Positions 1 to 12,329 of a stretch of 64,000 nucleotides of DNA are shown in pieces. Under the pieces are notes generated by a model. That model made no database searches. It had not been told where the DNA came from and saw only the letters and a list, made by a program, of their open reading frames with translations. The position numbers and the translations under genes are program-made. This stretch comes from Octopus sinensis (taxonomy: Eukaryota), in assembly GCF_006345805.1 (NCBI RefSeq), contig NC_043005.1:82274001-82338000 (forward strand). Direction: 5' to 3'. Each line of letters opens with the position of its first letter. Positions within the stretch are counted from its first letter, which is position 1.

Positions 1-775
1 AAATCAATATCGACATATTTTCAGAGAAGTAGAAGTTGATTTGTTCTTATTTTATGAACATAGGAAAGATGAAAAGGAACATCGATTTAGATGGATTTTG
101 ACTCGAGAGGTTAAATAGATATGACGCAACTGAACATCGAAATGCATCTAGTCTGGTTCTAAAATCATTACGGCGACCATTTTTATTTAAAACACCAACC
201 ATATTAAATTTCAGTAAAATTGTTTCTTTTACATTGCTAAAGCAATGGGCACATTTATGGAATTTAATTCGCTGCTCTTCAGATTTTCTTCTCATAATGT
301 TGTTCAAAAACTATATTCTCATATACATTTCCAGTTACAACTATGGAACCCCAATACGCAATACATACGTTATTATCATGCATATGGTTATAGAAACATC
401 TCGTGGATTTCGTATTTATGTCCAATGTGTTAGACAAAGCAATCTACAGAAATATCCTCTCTCAAATTATGCTCAGATAAATTGTTCTAAAGTATAATCT
501 TCGTAAAGTATCCTGATGTTTTTAAGACTCTACCCCTGACAAACTTATTGAAGATCTTTGTATTCTGTGCATGTTGAACCGACATGAACATGGATGCTGG
601 GGAAACAAATCTAGTGTTTGTTGTGTGGCTATCTATATAGCTCTCCAGCAGAGGAGAATTAATGCTGTTTGTAACTGACAGTGGCAGTTATCTGGAAGCG
701 ATAATAAAAAGAAATAAGCTACGTTAAAGTCACAATATGCAGACCTTGCATTTAGACCACCGGAGAATACAAAGA

Positions 776-817
776 GTCTACGGCCATATCGCACCTGAAT
801 CGGTCTCATTCGATATC
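776..817 (+). pseudogene. Degenerate 5' fragment of 5S rRNA (or 5S-derived SINE head)
   Basis: GTCTACGGCCATATC (776-790) matches the 5' end of metazoan/molluscan 5S rRNA as recalled. It is followed by CTGAA..CGGT.CTC.T.CGAT, loosely matching the next 5S segment. The 3' half and box C are absent. Confidence 0.5.
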
Positions 818-1957
818 AACTAACCCATTGTCTTTTTCTACACCACCATATCCTTTCTGCAAGCCATATTTATGCATAAACTCTCAAAATGAAATAACCA
901 AAAAAATGTAAAGGTTTATTATAGTTATAATTAATCACTTAATACATTTACATTACATAATATACTTATAGGTATATACACTCACACACATTCTTTCATT
1001 CTGACACACACATACATATGTGTGCGCGTGTGTGAGATTTATTGCGATATGTAACGCAGCACCGGGCTATCACCATTACTAATTCAACAGTGAATCTAAA
1101 ATATTATAGTCTGTCACATAATTATTTTCAACCTCCTACCTTTTCTCAGATCGACTCTTATCAACACGATAGCGGGAAGAACTTGTACAGATATTCACAA
1201 TGGAAAACAATTATCGATTTCCTTTTCTTTATTTCATTTTTATTATTTAAAAATGATAAAGTGTTATCAATATTGTGACTACCATTTCGTTTTCTCTTTT
1301 TCTCCTTTTTCTTAGAAGCAAAGCAAAACAAAATACGTTTCTCAAAGACTGATAATATAGCTTGTAGCTAAATTGATAAACGTGTGATGAGATATTTTTT
1401 CTACATTCTGACCACGTTGTTCCAATTACCGAGACAAAAAAATAGTGGAAATTAAATTAAATCGCATGGTTATTTCATAATGAATGCTGTATATATTTGC
1501 CTGTGGGATCACCTGTTTCAGATTTTATATTTTTCTCTTAGGAAACAACGCAGACAACGAAAACAAATCGTCTGCCAGGCATCCGCGTTTCAGTAAGAGG
1601 AAAAGCAGATTACATAAGAAAATTGGTATAAAAGTAGAAAGATTGAAGCAATTTCATTTCCTCCGTGTGTATCTATTTGCCTTATGAAACTATGACCGCT
1701 ACAAATAGAATAATTTGTGAAGAAAAGTATTAGCAGAATATATCATAATTATATAGAATAGGACTTAGTTTTTCTGCTATTATAATGGTCCATCTTCGAA
1801 GATATATTAGCGGTTGCTTTACAGAAAATTTGTTACGAGGCTGAACCTGAGAAGCATTCACAATGGATGCATATGGTGAAGGCTGCAGTTTCCATTGACA
1901 TTGCGATATTAATACATTATTAGGCTTAGATCTGCCTTCAGCTCTACAACTCATTTC

Positions 1958-2091
1958 GGATCGATTCCAAAATCAAATCAGTTCGTGACAGTTACAAGGC
2001 CAAACATTCCTGAAACTTTCGTCCGAATCCATCCAGCAGTTCTTGAGCTACCTTGTCCACAGACAAACAAACACATACGACTGAAAACAAA
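1958..2091 (-). mobile_element. HINE-like (Helentron-associated) element fragment
   Basis: Reverse complement of 2381-2514, with shared blocks GGATCGAT, GTGACAGTTACAA, CATTCCTGAAA, CCGAATCCATCCAGC, GAGCTACCTTGTCCA and CAAACAAACA. Confidence 0.7.
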
Positions 2092-2351
2092 CCGTCGCGT
2101 TTGTTCGATACTTCACCCATTTCCGTGACTTACAAGTGACACATTCCATCCATGGAATGCCGGTACATCGCAGGACTAATTTCCAAGCTATTTACTGGAA
2201 TTCATTTACAGTTGAGTGGAGTAGAGCAACATGAAACGAAGTATTCTGTTAAAGAGCATAACGCACCGCCTTGTCATAACTCGAAACAACGGGCTTAAGA
2301 TCTTGGGAACTACACTTTCACGACTAGACCACTCGTCATCACAAAGCATAA

Positions 2352-2716
2352 TTACCTCCGCCTTAGCGAAGGTGGAGGTATTGTTTCCAGTCGTGTTTGT
2401 TTGTTTGACCATGGACAAGGTAGCTCAACAACCGCTGGATGGATTCGGATGAAACTTTCAGGAATGTTTGGCGTTGTAACTGTCACAAACCGATTCGATT
2501 TTGGGATCGATCCAATTCCGGACAAGGATTCTGGATTATTTTTCCGGTTTTTTTTTTGTTAAGTTTTGAGAGCGATGGGGATCATTTTGAGTATTCTCGT
2601 TCGTGTGAGCAGTCGAGTTTATTTAAGATATTCTCATTTTAAAAAGCATATCTGGCTAATTGTTGATAGGGCATTGATGATGTCTTGGTGGAGGTTTGTG
2701 CTTTCTGAGTGCTTTT
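2352..2716 (+). mobile_element. HINE-like non-autonomous Helentron-associated element, near full length
   Basis: 5' TTACCTCCGCC (2352-2362) pairs with GGTGGAGGTA (2371-2380). It has a GTTT microsatellite core, a 3' sub-terminal GGTGGAGGT (2687-2695), a short GTGCTTTCTGAGTGC hairpin-like motif and a T-rich end. This is the DINE-1/HINE architecture. Confidence 0.65.
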
Positions 2717-3637
2717 GTCAAGTTTACATTAGTTTAAGTTAGAAAATATGATTGAGAAGTGTAAGCCTATCGTACCTTTGAAGAATAGTTTTTTTGTACA
2801 TGAATGATTTCGTAACACAAAATCAACATTAATAATTACTTTCTTATACGTTTGCTCAAGCCCGTTCGGGAAGCTAGATTTGCATTCGATTTAAAGACTT
2901 AGACGGATCAAAGATTTGATCTCGACAGTCGTTTCAGTCAAAATCCAACAACCAAAATGCTTCTGAAATTCTGTCCAAGAGTGTATAATTAGTTCTCCTT
3001 ACACCGAAAACAATGTTTCTCTTATCACTGGAACAATTTATATCATTTCTGTCAAAACCGATGTTGTCCTTTAAAGTGCTGCTTATCTTTGGAATATCAC
3101 AGAGTGATATCCTCAAAACAACGAACTGTTGTGATTCGAAATAACGACAACCAATTTTCTTTGACAGTAAACTGTAATCACAACGCTTTAACCATCACAA
3201 TAAATATTATATAATTCCAAAATTGTTCAGTTTTAATAAGGCAAATTATGATTTACGAGACTGAAAATAAAGAACCCATATATATTATTACAGATAATTA
3301 AAATTCAAAGATCTGTATAAAAGTTTACTGTATTTCAATTTAATAATTTGGCAGCCATAATTCCGCAAAAGAATAATGACAGCCGCATTACAACAACATC
3401 CAGCAGAGTAAGCATATCTGCAGGCGAAATTCTAATAAATCGCGATGTTTTCAAAGATGTACAGCTACGTCATTCTAGACTGTCATTGGATTAAACGATT
3501 AATTATCATACAAGCTATATGACGTAAATGCTTGAAACTATTTTGGAATATTATTAAATTCAATTTCAAATTAGTGATTGGAATTATATTAAGATTTGAT
3601 GAAATTCCGCAGGAAATGATTACCATACATTACATAC

Positions 3638-3681
3638 ATGTAAACATTCATATATATATATATATACATATATATACATAC

Positions 3682-3758
<77 letters not shown>

Positions 3759-3868
3759 CACAAATTCGCGTATGCAATTATATATATATATGTATATGCA
3801 TATATATATGTATTATATCATATATCATAATACGTATTTATATATATATATATTATATCATAATATAT

Positions 3869-3931
<63 letters not shown>

Positions 3932-3932
3932 G
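3638..3932. repeat. (TA)n compound microsatellite
   Basis: Direct inspection; source of the YI-repeat ORFs at 3532-4059. Confidence 0.95.
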
Positions 3933-4199
3933 CATACATTTATGCAGTATTGCACACACGCAGGCAGACACACACATGCATAATGTCTTGTTAATCTTTC
4001 CCTTTTATCTTAAATTTAATTGGTCGATATATTTCTCAGGATATTTTAAATTCTCATAATTTCAAACGAAGTTTATTTAATGTTAACGACATATTGAATG
4101 ATTTGTAAATGATAGCTTCATAAAGAATTTTTATTATTGTCATTGTGATTATCGTTGTCAGGATTGTTTCATTATTATTATTGTTGATGTTGTTGTTGT

Positions 4200-4491
4200 T
4201 ATTCTGAATGAAAGACTCCCAGATAGTTCTTAATTACCGGGTATTCTTTACTTGAAAGCAGGCAATAGCAAATCGTCAAAGGTTTCAAGTAGTGCCTTCT
4301 CCTCTGACTCAAAGGTACAATACTCTCCTTACAATGCGAGATGTACCCGACAATGCTGTCTTCTGTATCACCTCGAGCCTGACAGCAGCTCCAATATACA
4401 TGATATATATTTTCGAAGATCTTGGAAACTGATCCTGATCCTCCAATTACCACTGGTATCACCATTACTTTCCCCATGCCCCATAACTTTC
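4200..4491 (-). mobile_element. 5'-truncated Dong/R4-clade LINE 3' end (restriction-like endonuclease C-terminus), frameshifted
   Basis: Minus translation KVMVIPVVIGGSGSVSK resembles the RLE-domain VIPIVIGALG motif and the cleaner copy at 16861-17211. Flanked by (TTA)n at 4492-4514 and ATT/GTT repeats at about 4172-4200. Confidence 0.65.
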
Positions 4492-4514
4492 CTATTATTA
4501 TTATTATTATTATT

Positions 4515-4975
4515 GAGTGAGAGAGCAGTTCATGCCATCAAAATGACACTGGGGTAAAATATACGAAGCCCAATATACCCATCATGACTACCCGTCTGAT
4601 AAAGGTACACCAGGCACATGCATCACAACCATATGTGCGCGACATGGTGATCTCATATCAATATAAACAGCACATGACCTTGCAGGTGGGGCCCAGTTAG
4701 AATTTTCTTCAGGTTGAGTAGCCCATCCCGCTCAAACGGTCCCTGAATAAGGGTTGTTTAAGGATGTTGAAAAAACCACCCATGTTTCCAGAGGTGAATT
4801 ATTCAAACCCCAAAGAATCCCTCTCAACACATGGCTATGATGCTCCCCCACTACTTCTGCTCGTGATCAGAGATGCACATATCTTCAGCCACTTAGGGAC
4901 ATGCTCAACTGGTTATGGTCAAGCAACTGACAAGCAAATCTGTGGTATTGAGCAGAATATTTGCTGTAGCCCATC

Positions 4976-4979
<4 letters not shown>
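4515..4979. mobile_element. ~465-bp interspersed repeat flanked on both sides by (TTA)n
   Basis: Sharp boundaries at (TTA)n 4492-4514 and 4979-5006. A diverged partial second copy lies at 59583-59725. No convincing ORF. Confidence 0.7.
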
Positions 4980-5006
<27 letters not shown>

Positions 5007-5011
5007 TGAAT

Positions 5012-5320
5012 CAATGATTTTTTTCAAGTTTCACTTGAAGAGGAAATTGCGAGTGGAGAGGAAAATGCTGTCTTCGAGTCAGTGTATTGAAATGTGGATG
5101 AATGTTGTGAGAATGGCAAGAGTGGATGGTAGCTCTCTAAGTGTTGACTTGTGTGTCGCAGAGAAAGAATTGGAGAGTGCACTTGCTCATAGGGTTTGAG
5201 GGAAGCTTTGGACTGTGGGGATCCCTGCTTATCCCTAGCGGCATTCCTGAATCAGGAGGGCCACATCATTATCGTCATACTCGCTGTTTTATAGCAGGTT
5301 ACCGTTTCGTTTTCCGTATA
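5012..5320 (+). mobile_element. Possible L1/Tx1-type LINE ORF2 C-terminus and 3' UTR fragment
   Basis: Translation FFKFHLKRKLRVERKMLSSSQCIEMWMNVVRM resembles, from memory, the basic/aromatic helix ending L1/Tx1 ORF2. Confidence 0.45.
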
Positions 5321-5661
5321 TGCTATTTCAACTTGATTTCTTTCCACCTTCGTTTAAATTAGATATACAGTGGAAATGCTTAAAGAAAGAAGCATGTCCA
5401 ATATTTTCTCATCAAAACAGTTTCAAATAAAGAATGAATTCAAAGGCATATTTGAAATGTATGACCATGAAGCAAATAATTTTATGTCTATGAGTTTATG
5501 AATCAATGTAGGATTTACATTAAAACATATGCAAACGATCGAATTTCCGCGCTCCGTACTAATTAATTATCTACTTCTAAATAAAAAAAAATCCATAAAT
5601 TCCTCAAAGCTAAGGAATAAATTTTCTATTTTACGAAGTAGGCGTATCTGAAAATGTTAAA

Positions 5662-5955
5662 CAGTGTGGTTACGAAGCTCATTTTCAACCATACGGTTGC
5701 GGTTTCAGTCCTACTTCGGGGCACATGGGTTATGAGTCTTTTACCATAGCTCCGGTCGCGACCCTTGAACTGTTAGGGAATTTGTTAGACCGAGACTGTG
5801 TGAAAGCCTGCCGTGTATCGATAAATACATGCATATATGTGTGTATAAGGGTGTCTTTGTGTTTGCGTTTGCGCCCCTACCGTTTGACAACCGATGTTAG
5901 CTTGTTTATATTCATGTTACATCAATGCATAGTCGCAGTGTAATGACTGAAAAAA
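5662..5955 (+). mobile_element. tRNA-derived SINE family B (Octopus OR/OK-type, CORE-like), degenerate
   Basis: Diverged matches to the head GTGTGGT..AAG..CAACCA..GGTTCAGTCC, the internal TTGACAACCGATG and the tail GCAGT..AATGACTGAAA seen at 22473-22915. Confidence 0.7.
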
Positions 5956-6621
5956 GCAAACTATAAAGAATTGTATGATAATGTTTCAGTGTTTGAACGT
6001 ATTTCTTGCCATAATACTTGTAATGTTAATAGAATACTACTCATTATACCTTAGGTCTGTAAGGGAGGTAACTACAGAGGTTGAAACTTGGATATTTTTA
6101 ATGAATTAAAACCGGTAGCGTAATGTATAAATTAGTTGTACATCGATATGTAACATAAACCATTATCAGCTACCTCAGCTCTTGACAAGAATGCCGTTTT
6201 ACATTGGATGTCTCTCGGGAGCTTTTGATGAACGCATGCGTTGCACGTTAGGCAAAGTTTCCCATAAAAATTGCTAAACATTTGCTAGAGGCTCAGTACA
6301 GATCAAAATAAAGTAACTAAAATATCCTATATATACTTATATACACACATGCATATATACAAATGTAAAGACTTCGTCAAAAGGTGTACTATACGCTTGA
6401 AAAACTAAATTCCAGTATCAAAGGATGGAAGATATACAATGCAGGTGAACAAGAGTTGCTAACAGGTAACACATCGGCCCAGACGATGAAAATAAAGATT
6501 AAATAGATCGGCAGGCCGTTGCTAATTGCATCACAACGTTTATATATACAGACATACTCACACATGTACACACACTTACACATACGCACGCGCACACACA
6601 CATATACACACATTGTGCGGC

Positions 6622-6656
<35 letters not shown>

Positions 6657-6717
6657 AACAGCGAAAGTAACAGAAATATTGATAGAAAGAGAATGTGAAA
6701 GAGAGAGTGAGGGAGGC

Positions 6718-6753
<36 letters not shown>

Positions 6754-9540
6754 CGACAGGTAAAGACAGACACACAAACCGTAGCAGCCAGACAGTGAAT
6801 ATATGTTAAAGATATGATGGTAGTGTCTCGTGGTTTCATAAAGACGGTTTTGCAATTTCTTGCCGAACAACCTGCTCAAGTGTTCTGTTAATATTCATCA
6901 AATGCGCATTAGCTCACTCTCTCTATCAAATCAAGGATGCCTGAAACGGTGCACGGTGTACCTTTCGTCATGTGTCGAGGTGACCGCAAAGCATTGTGGG
7001 ACGAAATGCTTTGCTGAAGAATACAATGATTCAACCTGTCTAAGTATTGAAACTACGAGCTCGTGATCCACTAAGATATGCACCCTTACATAATGTTAAT
7101 AATAGTCTAGACTTTATCTAATCTATCAAAAGTATTTTATCTTGCCAACGAGGCTGCAGTATATCTATAGACACAATTGTTTTTCTCTACGCCATATTAG
7201 GCCAGGAGAGTGGAAGGTATGACACATTTGTATTCTTACGTTGTTTTAGCAAAAGATGCCCTTATTTCCTGTTAATTTGTTTTATACCTTGAATTGTATT
7301 GGAGAATAACGTTGAACAGGTTTTCCGGACATGCATGAAAAGCTACTGTGTCCGACTCTTCGTATTAAGCTTTACCAAGTGAACCATTTCTCTAGCCATG
7401 ATCACTTGCACGCATAAATAAAGAATTAGATTTGTCTGCTTCTATTTTTCTATTCTTAATATTAACGTCCATTGGAAAACAGGATACAAATACAAGGAAC
7501 AATCATTTGTGTGCACAAATGTTACTAATTTAAATCTGATTTTCATCTTATTATTCTTTTTCTCTTTTCGAGAACTTCACAAACATTCCGGAATCCTATT
7601 GTACTTTTCGTACAATCCCGAGGCTTTGGTCTCTGACATCAATACAATGTGCAGTAAGCACGCACATAGCTTTCTTTAATAGCAAAAACATCCCTTCTGC
7701 ACGAAAGCCACTACTCATGCTGCTAACGGGAGAAATCGATATTTTTTTTAAAAGTGTTCTATTGGAAAACAGAAAAGCTGAAGTCGACACTTTGATAAAT
7801 CATAAAATCAGATTCCTTATTGCATTTTGTAACATTGTCAGTTTTCTTAAAATTCAAATACACCGCTTTATATCTATGTATTTAAATATTTCAAGTAAAT
7901 TCTATAAAAAAGAATAGCAGTGATCATACTCCTAAAAAAAAAAATCTTTATGTATGTTTACTACATTTTTCTCCATTCCGGATGTATTTCTATGTGTTTG
8001 AGCTACTTAAACAAATATTCAACTACAGCTATTTATTTCTTTGATGCTTAAGTGTATGTAAACATAAACAGAGCGGATGTTTGCCAAGCAATGTAGGCTG
8101 TTCAAGAAATACAATTTTTAAGTTGTCTTTGCTCTTTAATATTGCTGTTTTCTAATCCCAGTTGAGCTTTCAATAAGCAGATCTATGATTAAATATACTA
8201 CAACCATAGCGACAGCAACTCTATCTGAGGCCATTTTTACAATGTTATAAAATGTATCATTTCTGTGAAGATGATATGGACTGCAAGAGGAGGGTTTCAA
8301 TACTATATTTCTTTTGTAAATGAAGCAACGGATAGATTTATTGCGCGGTAATTTAAAACCTCCAAACTACAAAATCTACAGATCATGCCTAAGGGAAATA
8401 ATACATGTATCTCAACATACACCGACCTACATGCACACAGCATATACAAGCGCGCGCACACACACATGAGATAGGCTAAGCAACGTTTATAAAATATGGA
8501 GCACTAAAGTTGGAATTTATTTCAATGACACTTCTAGTATTCCAGTATAATTTTCTATTATTAAAATTTAAACCGATAAACGCAAGTCTTTCATTGATAG
8601 CAAGCAGGACAATGTATTCTACTGTTATTAATATAAATAGAGAGTTAACAGCGCATAAAGGAAGATAATAAACTAACAATACCTTAAGAAATTTATGAAA
8701 GTTTACTTGGCAGTAAGGCGGCATACGATAGGTGTAGGGCGAATCTGTTATTTATAATGTTATTCACGAAGGTATAATTTGCTCCTTTGACATATACTTT
8801 TAAACATAATTATATTAGCCGATCTTATAAGAGACGAAAAGCATGTCCAATCCTTTTGGAGAAATTATTGCTTTGTTTGTACGTCTTTTCCAATTCAATA
8901 TTTCAAATTTTATATGAAATCTTCCGTAAAGAAAAGAGTAATGGTTTAAAGGAAATAATTCTCGAGAAATCGTTTGGAAAATTTTCTTATTGCTGCATTA
9001 TACGTTCCTAGAGAGGCAAGTAAAGTTTCGTACTAATAAATCAATGAAGCAAAGTCGATATCCCAAGAGAAATAACGTTGCGGCCAAGTTATTTAAATTT
9101 TCGATGAAGTTAGACAATAAGTCTACTATAAACTATAAGTGTAAGAATAGTAAAATTGCAACTTTTCTAATAATTTCTAAATTTCAATTTTGATTTGTGA
9201 GCTAAGGTTTAATTCGAACAATCTCCAACTTTTCTCTTGGGGACTGGTTTTATTCCTATTTTACACGGTAACATTAAATTGAAATATTCATTTGTAATAT
9301 CTGACATGAGATGTTTTAAAGTTAACAAACTGATGACGTCAGAAGACTGGCAATAATACGTCTCCTTCACAGCTTAAAAATGAAATATATGGTGAGCTAT
9401 TTTGAACTGACAGAAAATGTTCCAAATAATTGCCAACTTACATTAAAAATCGCATTGAATTTTGGAAAGCTTTCAATAATTATGTGATAAGTTAATACTA
9501 TTGTTTGTTTTGAATGAAGTGATTCTAAATAATTTTAATT

Positions 9541-9637
9541 CATTTATTTCTATTATATTTTCAGGTAAGTTCCTCCTGATTCAGTGAAATATCGTTGTTG
9601 CCAGAATATCAAAAAGATAATATATAATTTCGTAAGT
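9541..9637 (+). promoter_or_regulatory. Recursive-splice-site-like motif (3'ss abutting 5'ss) with a downstream second donor
   Basis: Pyrimidine-rich tract ending TTTTCAG (AG 9563-9564), immediately followed by GTAAGT (9565-9570). A second GTAAGT lies at 9632-9637. Confidence 0.35.
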
Positions 9638-10516
9638 ACATCTATAATTTCCCAAAACAGTTATTCCAGTACAGTGGACGCGATGTCTTTAAATCTTTCC
9701 ACATTAGATGCAAGAAAACAAAATTGGATATTTTCTTAACGAGGAACTTCTAGATAATGTTTCAGTTTCAAAAAATTCCTGCCTTTGTTTCTTCTGCAAG
9801 TACATCTCATATGATCTATTAAATGTTTCAGACGAGAAAAATCTGGGTCTAAAATGACGCTTTCTTCTCTTCAGATATATATATATATATATAAAATATA
9901 GTATATATATATATAGATTTATATATATATATTTATATCTGCACACATTAGCATATATTTTGGTGTATATACATATGTAACACACACACACACACACACA
10001 CATACACACACATATATATATATAATATAAAGTTATATCTTGAGTGACAACAATGCAATACCAGCGTGTACGCATAAGATCCACTCGACGTCCCATAAGA
10101 AATTTAGAAATAGAAATTGCAATAAAAGTTAGAGCTAAGCAATAACAATTGAATTAAATTTAGTAAGTATAGTAAGTAGTAAATGAAATAAAGCTAAAGT
10201 AATGTAACCATTAAAAGAAAAAAATAGCTGTTAGTATAAAATGTGTCAATGACTTGAACCCGAATATGTGGCTTTGCATGTAAGTGAGAATTTATAAGAT
10301 TGAAATAAAATAAAATAAAATAAGCGCAGAAGTGAAATGCTCCAGATGGCGATGTGTGCATACCATTTACTATGGCTGCTGGCCGAATTATATGCGTATA
10401 AAGTAGCATTCAGGATCAGAGAAAAATCTCTGGGAGTACGTAATGTCTCGCTTCTGAATATGGCCGGTATGTGATTGTGTATTTGTTCACGATTACTATG
10501 TGTTGTATGTATAGGA

Positions 10517-10590
10517 CATCCTGATGAGGGGAGTGCCAAATTTAAGTATATTAATATTAATTGGCGCGTCTCCGAGACGGCCCGTAGATG
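10517..10590 (+). ncRNA. Type I hammerhead-ribozyme-like motif, core A14>G
   Basis: CATC-CTGATGA-long stem II (GGGGAGTGCCAA...TTGGCGCGTCTCC)-GAGA-CGGCCCG-TA-GATG. Stem I is CATC/GATG. Confidence 0.65.
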
Positions 10591-10887
10591 GACATCTGTG
10601 TATCTTTGTAAACTTAGATTTTTGTAAACTTCTATAATTACTATCTTCTATGTACATTTCGCTAGAATTTTAATTCGTCTTTTAATATGCCTTTGCATGC
10701 TTTATATTTATTTATTATTATTATTATATTTATTTGTCTTATTGTAACAAATTTATACTAAATGTTTTAAATTTTTAAATGTCGGGCTTTATAGATATAA
10801 ATGAGTATATGAATATTTGTATGTGTTTGATCTATCTGTGGATTTTGTGGTTGTTGCTCGCATTGCCTCCCCTCGGATAAAAAAAAA

Positions 10888-10935
<48 letters not shown>

Positions 10936-11027
10936 ATGTGTGTACATCAACGTACATATATGTTGATCATGTGTAGATGTACATGTATATTATATATATA
11001 TATATGTGTGTGTGTGTATGTATATAT

Positions 11028-11061
<34 letters not shown>

Positions 11062-11528
11062 GCTATATTATATATAAGCGCTGTGTACGTGTTTCCGAGC
11101 GTATGCGTGGTTTCGTATATTACGGCGGTGTGATTTATTGAACATCGGAAAAAAGTTTTCATAAAATATTTTCCGAAATATATTTTCATAGAACAATATT
11201 AAATATAAAATAATTGGTAAAATATAAATATAACTTCCAGCCAAAAGTTTGATTAATGAATAAAACAAAATAAAAAGAAAAGCTTTATGATACAATCAAT
11301 TCATCTGTTTATGTTCTTCTGGCATCTTAGAAACTTTGAAGTAAGGTAATGGATCCTCTTCAAGAATGTAATCTTGTTTATAAGTCATCTTCATATAGTT
11401 CGTTTGTGTGTGTAGACGTTCATAATTTGAAAAGACTTTATACTTTAGGGTTCGATATGAAGAAGCATAGAGGCCATAGTCATAACGGAGTATGTATGCG
11501 AAAGGAACAATATTGTTTTATTTAATAA

Positions 11529-11695
11529 GGCGACGAGCAGGACAAAATACTTTTTGGTTCAAATTCCGCCGACGTAGAAATAATCATTCACGTTTTCATA
11601 GTTGTCAACACGAGTACCAGTTGAGCCCAGAGGCCGATGTAATCGATTGACTCCCTCCCCGAACTTCCTGGCCTGTGCCCAAATTCGAAATCAAT
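11529..11695 (+). mobile_element. tRNA-derived SINE family A, degenerate
   Basis: GGCGACGAGC head, GGTTCAAATTCCGCCGA B-box region, GAGTACCAGTTG..GATGTAATCGA core and type-2 tail. Confidence 0.7.
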
Positions 11696-12059
11696 GTTAT
11701 TGTATTTAATAATGTTTGAATCTTTCCATAAGCGAATAGAATAAGCTGCAAGAAGAATTGTTACTCGTACACCATCTATAATTTAACTCAATTCTAACAA
11801 TTTATCAGTTGTTGGCGAATTCTTTCTTGCAGCTATGTTAGTTTCTACAAAGTGGAATATATCATTATGCTATGGATCGTAATAGCAAAGCTGATAAATT
11901 AAACCTCCGATAATGCTAAACCGAACTTTTATTAATTTGTTTAGAGAGCTGGAGGATACAGCCTTCAGTATATGTCTTCTTTAGATTTCCAGTGGAGGAA
12001 GAATAATTGCATTGTTGCTGTAGTCTATCATTTAATGATGCATTATCTCCTACCTCTTA

Positions 12060-12159
12060 CACATACATAAATACATACATACGTACATACATATATACAT
12101 ACATACATACATACATACATACATACATACATACATACATACATACATACATACATACA

Positions 12160-12218
<59 letters not shown>

Positions 12219-12226
12219 ATTTGTGT
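12060..12226. repeat. (TACA)n-(TA)n-(TG)n compound microsatellite
   Basis: Direct inspection. Confidence 0.95.
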
Positions 12227-12329
12227 AGGAATATGAATATATTGGTTTTATGTTCAGTTATAATGACAATTTTATATTAATATGACGGGTTACTTTGACA
12301 TTTACATTGTCAAAGCAAGGGAATAAATC

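Noticed and set aside
7573-7653. 81-nt open segment between a polypyrimidine GAG and GTAAGC
   Set aside because: GAG acceptor is rare and the peptide is unrecognisable; expected by chance.
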